A DNA stretch of 62,999 nucleotides, counting the filler, from Intoshia linei (Eukaryota; Animalia; Orthonectida): the NCBI GenBank assembly GCA_001642005.1. It is 5 parts of 5 records of this genome, joined end to end, with 100 filler letters (N's around TTAATTAATTAA, not from the genome) between each part and the next. Parts side by side here need not be neighbours in the genome. Positions count along the whole stretch, not along the records: positions 1 to 27,610 come from LWCA01000429.1; 4 more parts are not named here. One strand, 5' to 3'. Below are positions 13,247 to 24,400 of the stretch, in pieces. The notes below the pieces were generated by a model. The model was not told where the DNA came from and made no database searches. It saw only the letters and a program-made list of their open reading frames with translations. Made by a program: the position numbers and the translations under genes. Position 1 is the stretch's first letter; each line of letters starts with the position of its first letter.

Positions 13247-13537
13247 ATGCATTTAAATGCATTTTCTCCTGAAGACTTGTTAAATCGAGCAGATGAATTA
13301 AAAATTACAGATATTGAACAATGGTACTTATCAGAACTGTTGGAACAAAATTCGAAAGAGTGTATTTTATTTAAAGAAGAAGCATTTTCTCAACTGGTTA
13401 AATTAGGAATAAAATACGAAATTGACCCTGCAATGTTTTGGGAAAAATTTTACAATTTTCTCAATGAATCTACTACACAACCACGCGTAGTCGCCGTCAG
13501 CTTTGTGATTGAATTCGAAAACTACATGTTGGATTAA
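13247..13537 (+). CDS. Hypothetical 96-aa helical protein
   Basis: Uninterrupted ORF with protein-like composition, filling the space between CK2 beta and p23. An in-frame stop lies just before the ATG, and there is an intron-like GTAAGT..TAG upstream (possible 5' UTR intron). Confidence 0.6.
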   Translation: MHLNAFSPEDLLNRADELKITDIEQWYLSELLEQNSKECILFKEEAFSQLVKLGIKYEIDPAMFWEKFYNFLNESTTQPRVVAVSFVIEFENYMLD

Positions 13538-13562
13538 TGTACTACACTTTATTATAAATAAT

Positions 13563-14310
13563 TTATGCGACTACATCGTTCTCTTTTTTTTCAACTTTTT
13601 CCAATTCTGGTATAGCTAAAATTAATGTAAGCAAATCAATTGCAATTGTTACGTTCATCGTCGCTGTTTTCTTCGTCGTCACTGTCCGCGCCCTAAATAA
13701 GATTAAAATTATTTTTAAAATAAAGTACTTCTAGGTCTGGCATGTTTGGCATTCCACCGGCTCCACCCATCATCTACATTTGATATAAATAGTATTTTAA
13801 CTACTTACATTGTTGAAATTGGAAAAGTCGTCGCCTTTTTCTTCCGTGTCTGAATCTTCTTCGTCTTTCCACAAAGCGAAATCAGTTTTTAACCAAAAGA
13901 CTTTTGCGGATTCTTTCAATAAACGAGGCCAGTAATCACCGGCTGTTTTTCGTTTAATGTATAGTCTGACAAATCTGTCTGTAAGGCATTTTTTCGATGT
14001 CTAAACGTTTAAATAAAATTACCAATTAAATTCTTACCGATGGATCAATTTCTTCATAAACATTAAATGATAGTTTGTACAATTTATTCCCCTCTGATTT
14101 TCCTCTAAATTTTGTAAAAAATCAGAAAATCTCAAGATTACTTGAATGTTATACAATTTTCCTGAACATCGATTTCAGGATTTTTACAATCTACCACGTT
14201 GAAGGTTATGTAAATGCCATCGCGTCTTTGAGCCCACATAACTGAAGGTACATATACTTTTCTACATAAACAGTTAAAATATTTTTAAATTAAATTTACG
14301 TTTCACACAT
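13563..14310 (-). CDS. PTGES3: Hsp90 co-chaperone p23 (PTGES3/Sba1), multi-exon
   Basis: PSVMWAQRRDGIYITFNVVDCKNP, YWPRLLKESAKVFWLKTDFALWKDEEDSD, Gly/Met-rich and acidic tail; tiny introns. Confidence 0.93.
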
Positions 14311-15481
14311 TTCAGTTTTTTTAATGTTAACAGTAAACGATAATGAATTTGAGTTAAATTAATCTCTAATGACACCTTCATTGTTATAAACTTAATTTTA
14401 GTATTTTCAAAAGTTGTCACTGACAATGTCATTACAATGTACAAAAGTTTAACGATTTTTATTGCGGCGTTTCGATGCAAGTAAATTTGGTTGAATTAGC
14501 CAAAACTTTTTTTGTAAATTAACACATATTCTTTTAAATAATTTTTTTTGGAATTACCGACAACAACTCAATGACGTTTAGTTTACTTTCTAATGATTAT
14601 AATCATTAGTGAGCATTGTTGTAATGTGATGTGTATAAAAATTTTGTATATAAATTATATCATTTGATGTACAGTCTCCAAAAACCCGTGTTGCTTTTAT
14701 CCAAAAAGACCCACTCTTCACTATCCAGTGTAATACAATCTAAGTCCTTATTAACGGAATTTTTTTAGCGGAAATTTCATTTTAACGAAATCTTGAATTA
14801 TTTATTTTTTCTTGACGAATTTGTATGAATCAAAAATTTTATCTCTAAAGCTTTAGAATTTTTTTTTAATTACTATCGTACATATAAACTCATTTTTTAC
14901 TAATTAGGTAAAGCGACCAGAAATACATTTTTTGGCAACACCGAAAAACGTACTAAATACATACAGTCATTTCTCGTTTTTAAATCCATTAAATTTAACA
15001 ATATCTCGAATACGAGTTTAGTCTACTAGCTATTTGAAAACTTCAAAATTTATAATTCAAATTTATATAGAATTTTGATTTGATTTAAGTTTTTTTATTA
15101 ATTTCTTTTATCCAACCGTCATTTTTAAAAAATTTTATATGGGTCTACTTCTGGATTTTAAAGCACCTGCTTGTATGTACATTTGTTTTTAAACTGAAAA
15201 TTTTTAAAAATAGTGTAATAAGTAATGTAACTCATGTGCAATGTACATCAGGAGTCGACAACTACAACTACTTAGTAACTCAGAATAATTTTGATATCAA
15301 TTGAAATAATTTAGTGGGAGAATAACATCTGTATTTTATATTATTGGATTTATGAAATGCATAAATTTATTGACTTTTCCCAATTAGTAAAATAAAATTA
15401 TAAATTAACAACAAGTAAATTAAATTTACGTTTGAAAACATTTAAAAATAATTAACGAATCTGATAAAAAAATAAATTATA

Positions 15482-16417
15482 CACATATTCTCCCAATGTG
15501 ACCATATGGTCAAATACGCTTAACACTGCATATATTAAACTACTGGTTGAAATGTTTCAAAAATATCAGCAACAATAGATACTGAATGTATCCTTGATAT
15601 CGTTTATCCAAAATTGAAAATACTTTCTATAAAATGGAGAAAAAAGTATTTAGTTTTAATTTAATTTTTTTTAAGAAAAAAAAGTTTTTACCTGTGGACG
15701 GTAATAAACGAAATGAATAATCTTATAACCATGAAAAATAAATTGCACAAGCCTACACAATTCTAAATATGTCATACATTAATCTGTACTTTGCTTAATA
15801 TCAAAGTTATTTACCTTTTAATATTTCCATTTTGTTTGACCATCAGGGACGGATTCAAGGGGTGCAGAAAGTGCAGTTGAACCCCTAAATATTTAAAAAA
15901 AAATTTAATTAATGTTTTGTAAAATAACTGAAAAAGGTTTTAATTTATTAAGACAATATAGATAGCGCATAACATTACATGAACAATTGATCATGTGACT
16001 TGATGCCTTTTGTTACATGCACGTCTGTGTGGACTGGGCCTCATGAATTGACACTATGACTATAATTTTAATATTAAAAGTTTGGTTAATGAATTTGAAT
16101 TATTTCATTCAAGAAGACTGGACTTAATTGATTTGGAATTATTTAATGAACAAAATTAATTTCTTTATTTTTTGTGCTGATCATTTTTTTATTTTTGCGA
16201 AAAAATACAAATTTGGAAACTCTATTGTATAACAACTTTAAATGAAATTAAAAAAGACACTTTAAAATCAAACTAGACGTCTTGATATTAAAAGAGACGC
16301 TCCTAAAAAAAATTTTGCCTTAGGCGAAGTTAAATATATTCCTCGATTCGCTCGCACCCATTAACTAGCTCTTGGATCTGCCCCTGACCATATGTGCGAA
16401 CATTGGGAGAAAATGGG
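15482..16417. mobile_element. piggyBac-like MITE carrying a nested insertion
   Basis: Left TCTCCCAATGTGACCATATGGTCAAA is an inverted match to the right end ..GACCATATGTGCGAACATTGGGAGAAAATGGG|TTAA. Confidence 0.6.
15844..16386. mobile_element. hAT-like MITE with 5-bp TSD (ACCAT)
   Basis: TIRs CAGGGACGGATTCAAGGG / CAGGGGCAGATCCAAGAG (14/18 match); ACCAT directly flanks both ends. Confidence 0.75.
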
Positions 16418-16819
16418 TTAATCTGAAAAGTATAAAAAAACTAACAAACTAATAGTCCTAGAATTATAAAAATAATCACAACTAATACAATTATTTCAGA
16501 TTACATACAAAAAAAAATTTCAATCTCACAAACTTATGTCTTCAAGGTCAAAAAAGGAATTTAATATTACTCTTTTTTTTTGGAAATCATTTCAAAAATA
16601 TTCAATAATTAATGGTCCTAGAATTTAAAAAAGATTAGCATGATAAAATTTATTCCAGTTGATCTAGAGACAAAATGTTAATCTCATAAATCCATATATT
16701 CTTAGTCAAAAACCAATTTTAATATAAATATTTTTATCAATCACTATTTTTCAAATCCTACCTAATATTCATACCTAATTTACCTAATACATACATAATG
16801 TTTCAATACATACATTTCT

Positions 16820-17620
16820 AATACAGTTTTTCCCAGAACGTGTTTTTATCTATTTTTTAGTTTCATAATTTGAGTCCTTCAGTGTATAAAACACAATTTT
16901 CCCCTTTTTTAAAAATAAAATTATCCCAAAAATTTAATAAAACATACATTATTGAATGCGTTTAAAAATCATTAACATTGTCGAAAATGTCAGCCTCAGA
17001 AACGCGTACTTTCATGATCAAAACCACAAATTACCCTTTGTTTTAAAAATAAAACATGTCCTAAAATTTTATAAAACATACATTATAGGAGAGTTTTTAA
17101 AATTATAAGCATTATAATAAATGGCAACCTCAAAAAAGAGCAATTTCCCTATCAAAACCACAGATTACCCTTTTTAAAAATAAAAACAGCTTTAGAATTT
17201 TAAAAAAAATTACAGATAATACAGTTATATCTAGTGAACATACCAATAAAATTTTCAATCTGACAAAGTGATACCTTCACGGTCAAAAAAGCACTTTGGT
17301 ATTTTTATTTTTTATTTCGAAAAAATTTGACATAATTAACAGTCCTACAATTAAAAAAAAGATTATTCTGAAACAGCTTATTCCAGTTGATATAATTACA
17401 AAAGTTCAACTCCAGAAATCTACGAATTCACGGTGAAAAATAATTTTTAATATATTATTAACCAATATTTTTCAAATATTTCGAATTAAGATAAAAATTG
17501 AAAATGTAAATTAGATCCTACAATTACAAAAAAAATGTATATTGAAGTCTACACATTTCCAATAAAGAAATATGGTTAAAAATTTCAAAAATTGATTTTT
17601 TTTGTTTTTTGTTCATTTTC
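16820..17620 (+). mobile_element. Helitron family A internal copy with several tandem subunits
   Basis: Reverse-complement match to 20400-21330. Confidence 0.7.
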
Positions 17621-18447
17621 AAAAATTTTTTTTTTAGATTTCGTCAAATTTGAGAATGGATTAATACATGTATATCATTATGGCATACTCTTTAAATTAA
17701 AGTTTAATGAGTAATTAACAAATTCCTTATAAAGGTGTTAAAAACTTCTGATTGATCAGAATAGAATCTCATATAATTAAATTTGTTTAATAAAAACAAA
17801 ATTGAAAAATAACCCACACCTTTTATTTTATATGGAGATTAAGATCTGTATATAACTAATTTTAATAAAAATTACCCATTTGAAAATATAGAATTTCGAC
17901 AGAATATTCTTTTAGGAATGATATAATTAAATGTTATTGGTTTATTGAGTAAGCTACGTAAAACGGGACAATTTTTCTGTATTTTGAGTATAGGTTTGAT
18001 GATAGCAACTAGAATATATTAGCTACATTACAAGTATAAATACCACTACTTTCTAATTTCCTGTCAATTGATCTCATATACTATAAATATTTTATACTTT
18101 ATTGTGACTAATCAATTGCGCAAATTTGTGTTTTATAAACTTGTGACTTGTATACGGTGACACTTAATTTGACAAAAAACTAAAGTTTCATATGATAATA
18201 CGCATTTATAAAAAACCAGACAGATGTGATATTGTATTTGCATTACTCATTTTAATATTTAAATACCCATTTTACTTTTGCAAGCATTTACTTTATACTG
18301 ATACCGACAGAACGCATTTACTAATAAGTACCTGGTACATCTATACTTTAATTGATTTTGCAGAAACATATTTATTTAGGCATTAGTTTTATTTACAATT
18401 ATAATAAAAAGTTGAATATTCAAATGGTATTTAAATTTGACTACAGT

Positions 18448-21400
18448 TCATTGCGATTCTAGTATCATTCGAGAAATGTTGTTGTGATTATTTAAAGCTT
18501 TAATCTAAATATGAAATTATACATTCATTACTTAATGTTATGAATTGACCTTATTTCGTATTTTTTCGACAAGTTTCACCTGAAAATCCAATTCGATGCC
18601 TTTACTAATAAGAAAGTCTTTAATTTTTCTATGATTGGGTATGTAATACTGAAATACGTGTAATTACTGCGAAAAAGAAGCGTTAGTTTCAACACTGAGT
18701 CGTTGTAGGTAACATGCAATATTATCCTCATCTTTGATTTCTCTGTCTATTTTTTTGAGTACATAAAAGGCAGATTCGCGTACACTAACTTGTATCTCAT
18801 ATCTTAATGCCCAGCGAACACAATTTAAAATTTTTTCCGATTTAACACCAATTTTCCCGATAGCTAGAATAAAGCATTATATGATGTACGAAAATTTCAA
18901 CCTCGAAGTGCCTTGGATTTTACTTCCCATATTGGATCATGGGAAGCTAAAAATATTAATTTTTCAATAATTTCGGGTTGTTTTAATTTCAACTTGAACG
19001 AAACAATACACGCTTCTCTTCGTACACTAACGTATTTATCGTCAAAACATGATAAAAACGAAGGCAGTAAATTTGTTGTTACGATTCCTAAAATTGATTT
19101 AAAACATGTTTTATTTTTATTTTACCCAAGTAGGCTATTTTTTTCAGAGCTTCCACTTTTTCATTTTGAGCCCCATCTTTAGCAGTTGTCATAATATTAC
19201 ATAGAGCTTCGTGTACGTCTCTACCTCGACCAGCCTTACCTAATTAGATGTACTATTAAAGTTAATCATTATTATCATTTTAACATTATATATAAAAATT
19301 AGGTTGGCTGTTATGTACTACGTACAAACAGCACCTAGCTCTGCTAATGGCACATTTTTATTTTACCAAAAAAATAAATTCATGTTGTAAATCTAACTTA
19401 AAAATCCTACTATTCACTATTATCAACCCTTTAAAGGAATGGTTGCCAAAATTGTTTCAGGTAGAATTGTTATACCACATTACTTTTTATTTTAAAGTGA
19501 AATATTCTATTTTAATTTTGTTTTATTAACGTTTGCGTAAATAATTTTAAAAACAATTGTTATCCTATTTTTTAAATTTATTAGACAGAATGTGTGTATA
19601 ATATTAAAAATTAAGTATTAACAGTCCAATTCTAAAAATTGTCATAAATAGCATAAATAGAAATTAAATATAGGCGTCACTTATTCAGATTGAAAGTTTT
19701 TGTGTGTATTAACTGGATACAACTAGAATCTGTAAATTTTTTTAAATTCTAGGGCTGTTTTCATTAAAAAAAAAGGGTAATTTGGGGTTTTGGCCCTGAA
19801 GATATATTTTTATTAAATTTAAATTTATGATAATATTTATGATTTTACAATCGATAAAAAAACGATAATTGAGCTTTTTGACCCGTAAGATGGTAATTTG
19901 GAAGGTTTAAATTTATTTTGCTAACACCCCCGAAAAAACTGTAATTAAAAGTGAAGTTTATAAAATTCTAAGACTGGTAGTTATTGAAATAAACGATAAC
20001 ACACATACAAACAAAGCACATTAGATATGTAAGGATATGGTTATACGTACCTAATGCTTGTCCAGCACTTCTACGAACTTCAGCGTGTGGATCTCGCCAC
20101 ATTAGTTGTTTCAGTTTATTGGTAATGTCATCACTAATATCACCATACAGACACGGCAGTAACTGACATGATATAACCCGATAACGCCAACTTATGCTAT
20201 TTAAATGTTCTGCAATCATTGATTGAATTAACGTCTTTATTATAAATAAAATATACATCCTGTATAAAAATGAATGTCCTTTTGTGTGTATGTTACAGTT
20301 TAATTAAAAAAACCACTTTATCATAATGTGTTGTCAAAAATTAAGTCTTTTTAAGTTGAAAACACAAATTGCCCATTTTTAAAAAATGTTTAAAAAACGT
20401 TCGTTGTTGTAGTTTTGTAATAAAATTTTGTAAAAAATGAATATTTGAGAATCAAAAATTGCGAGCAATGTAAAAATCCAATGGAATGAATTATATAGAT
20501 TTCTACCCATATCTCTTTATTGTAAATGTGTAGACGTTCAAAACTTTTTTTTTGAAATTGTAGGATAAATATTATATATTTTTATATTTTTAATTTTATT
20601 TTAATCGAAATATTTGAAAAATACTGGTTAATAATATATTAAAAATTATTTTCCACCGGGAATGAATAGATTTCTGGAGTTGAAATTTTGTATTTATATC
20701 CACTGGAATAAGATCTATCACAATAATTTTTTTTTTAATTTTCGGACCGTTAATTATTTCACATTTTTTGTTTCAATAAAATAGTTTCGAAATAAAAAAA
20801 AGATAAAGTGATTTTTTGACCATAAAGGCATAATTTTATCTGATTTAAATTTTTTATTAATTATTATTTTAAATTAACAGAATACAACTGTATCATCTGT
20901 ACTTTTCATCTTTATTCTAGTGCTTTTTTGATTTTTAAGAAAAGATAATCTGTGGTTTTGATCATGAAAATTATTTTTTTTGAGGTTGATTTATGATAAT
21001 GCTTATGATTTTAAAATCTATCCCAGAATTGATGTTTTATAAAATTTTAGGAAATGTTTCATTTTTAAAACAAAGGGTAATTTGAGGTTTTGATTTGAAG
21101 GTATGCGTTTCTCAGACTGAGATTTACGACAATGTTAAAGATTTTAAAACGAGTCCAGGAAAGTATGTTTTATTAGATTTTTGGGCTATTTTATTTTTAA
21201 ACAAAAGGGAAATTGGGGTTTTTACCTATGAAGGACTAAAATTCTGAAACTGAAAAATAGATATAAACACTTTCTGATAAAACTGTATTAGAAATTGGGT
21301 TTTTTAATTCTACGACTATCAATTTTTAAAATAAAAAATAATACATAGACACACCGACAATCAATTTTATTTAAGTAAAGGATAAAATAATACCGTGTTT

Positions 21401-24400
21401 ATGCTTAGATTGATTAATATATCAGCAAGTGTTTTGTAAACAATTGGATTCTCGGTAAATAGAATTTGTTTTATCAATTCATCCAAAACGATTTCATTGT
21501 AATTTCCTTTTTTTCCGAGAGCTACGACACTTTCATATCGATCATTCCATAGAGATTTTTTATCATAAAGTACTTTCAACAAAATATTCTCGGCCTAAAA
21601 TAAAAAAATTGTCCAGGATATTTTTCATGTTCACTAAACATTGTTCAGTAAAAAATAGGTAAATCTACTTAATATTATGGACTTATTAGATTATTTTACA
21701 AAAATTTTATTAATATAAATTAAATGATCACTATTTTCAGATATTGACACCTAAATTTTTGAAATCCGAGTAAAAAAATGTAGACAAAATGTAATGTTTA
21801 TATAATTGTACGATTATAAGTTTTAATTTTGAATAAATGAAGAAAAATTTAAAAATTTAAAAATTAACAGCGCACATTAAATTATTTACGCATAAAACCT
21901 GAAAAAAATAACCATTGTACTGTTAATACCCAAATATAATAAACATTTCGCCGCTTCAGTTTGGATAATATGGGTAGTATCATTCAAGCATTTTTTCAAA
22001 GTTTTTAATAATATTGAACATTTTCTAATGGTTTTGGATTGCATTTTGATATTATAAGTCATTGTATTATCTTTATTTGAATCCTTTGCATCGATATCAT
22101 TTTCGATAGATTCTTCATAATTTTGCAAGTTATTATTTTCACTTTCATGTGAAGGAGATATCTACAAGTCAATTAAAATAATAATAATAGTAAAAGTAAA
22201 ATAATTATAAGTGAGATATGTTCCATAATATTTCTAATATTCCATAATATATAAATGTGATTCAATTTAATTTATCAATTGAGATCAATCTTACTCAGAA
22301 ATTTATACCTTCACTTTCAAAAATTCAAATTACCCATTTGAAGAAAAAATGTAACTAAAAAAAATTTTTTCCAGTTAACCCACCGAAAAATTTTTTAGAT
22401 TTTAACATAGAATTACATAAATATCTTCTTTATTCTGCATAATAAATTCAGTCGCAAAGATTGATGAACTACGCTCGCTTATCAAGTGTAAATTATCGTA
22501 CAACTTATTAAAATTAATATTAACATCGGTGCAGTTTTGGATAAATTTTACGGCTACATTCATAGATATCAGTCTAATGTGAGTTTGATTGTCAAATATA
22601 TCATTTTTAATAGCAGTGACGGTAGCATCATTACATCTTTCAACCAGTAAATGCTTCATTTTCCATAAATCAGCTAAATTAAAATTTTACACTTTATTAT
22701 AACATAGAATACACAAATGTACATTAAACAATGTATAAAATTTAATCATAAAAGAAGTTAAAAATTTTTACCAATATCCACTAATGTCTTATTTTTGGCA
22801 AGATTGAGTTTATTTTCAATGTCTTCAGCTGTTATTTCAGAAGCATTATTTCTAAAATTGTTCTAAACGCTAACATTAAGCAAAGCTTTTAAAATTTAAA
22901 GTATAACAATCATGCGAAGCATATATAAGATTAATGATTAGTGCATTTGCTTAATTTTTAATAATACCGCTACAGTACTGTTAAATTTCCGAAAAACAAA
23001 CGGCTATTAAATTAAATACAACATTTAAAACGACATATAATTACATCTAACAATTTAGGAAGTTTTGTCCATCTTTGATTGCATTTTTGCTTTTTCGTAA
23101 TTTTAAACTGATCAATATTATACATATTTCCAATGTTTTTTTTAGATAGCATTGAATCCGATTTACTTGTTAAATTTGGAATAATTGGATACTTTTTTTG
23201 TAATTGTTTTTCAAAGCAATCCCGCGAATTGAAAAATATTATATCATTATTATTTGTTTTAAATAATATGTTTGCACCTAAATTAAAAATGCATCATTAA
23301 TTTTCAATGTAAATTAAGCACCGTTAAGTTATCGGCGGTAACCTTAATTCACTAACAATGATGTAAAATGTACATTGTAAAAATTAAATAAAAAATTAAA
23401 TAATATTTCCCCTATCGATGATGACTATCTGGTGAACTGGCATTGGAATATGCAGTGCATGCTTCCCATATCCGTCAGGATAAGAATAATGTAAAAAATG
23501 TTTTGTTTTTTGATTGAAATTTTATTAATTAATTTTCAAGATACAAATGTTATAATTTGTTTTAAACTGAAACATTAATATGTAGGAATTCTTAAACTTA
23601 TTGTTGCTCATAAAAATTGGTAAATCAAGTTTTTCATAAAAATATTGGAAAAAAGGAATTTTTCAATTAAGGATTGGTAAAATTACATTTTTTATTTTGA
23701 GTTTTGGGTTAAGACTTAACGTATTTTTTTACCTACTTTAGTTAAGTCGATGTTGCTCATAAAATTTGGTGAAATCAAATTTTTGATAAAAATATTGGAA
23801 AAAAAGGATTTTTCACTTAAGGATTCGTAAAATTAGATTTTTTATTTAGGGTTTTGAGTTAAGAAGATGTTGCTCATAAAATATAATGAAATCGAATTTT
23901 TCATTAAAATATTGAAAAAAGGAGATATTTCACTTAAGGATTCGTAAAATTAGATTTTATATAGTTTTGGAATAAGAGTTTTTTTCATTAGATTTGGTAA
24001 AATCGTGTTTTTCAAAAAAATATTGGAAATAGATTTTTTATTTTAGTAGTTTAATTAAGTATATTTTTCTCATTAAGTTTGGTAAAGTCGGATTTTTTCC
24101 TGAGGGTTTTAGAATGGTATTGTTTATTGACATTTTATTAATGGTGGGAGTAAAGTGGGATTTTTGAAATAATAATGTAGCGGTCGTCTAGGACCTAGAG
24201 TCTAGACACTAGACTCTAGGATTTGGCATAAATGCCAAAAATCTGAAAACTCAATAATAAAAATAAAAAAAAGTTAATAAAATATTTTTATATATTTCAT
24301 TTGATACTCATGAAGCCCAGGCATATAATTTTAAATCTCAAAGAATCCAGATACCCAATCAAAAACCACTACTCTAATGTAAATCAATAATTATTATACC

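Noticed and set aside
15839-16391. MITE acting as a newly created intron (GT donor from the TSD)
   Set aside because: No in-frame AG acceptor at the other end, and the flanks are another element's TIR rather than an exon.
15480-18080. Possible minus-strand multi-exon gene (KVFSILDKRYQGYI; MRSIDRKLESS..)
   Set aside because: The candidate exons could not be joined in frame, and much of the region is explained by nested MITEs and a Helitron copy.
23600-24160. CRISPR-like repeat spacing
   Set aside because: Units are degenerate tandem repeats without unique spacers; eukaryotic context and no cas genes.
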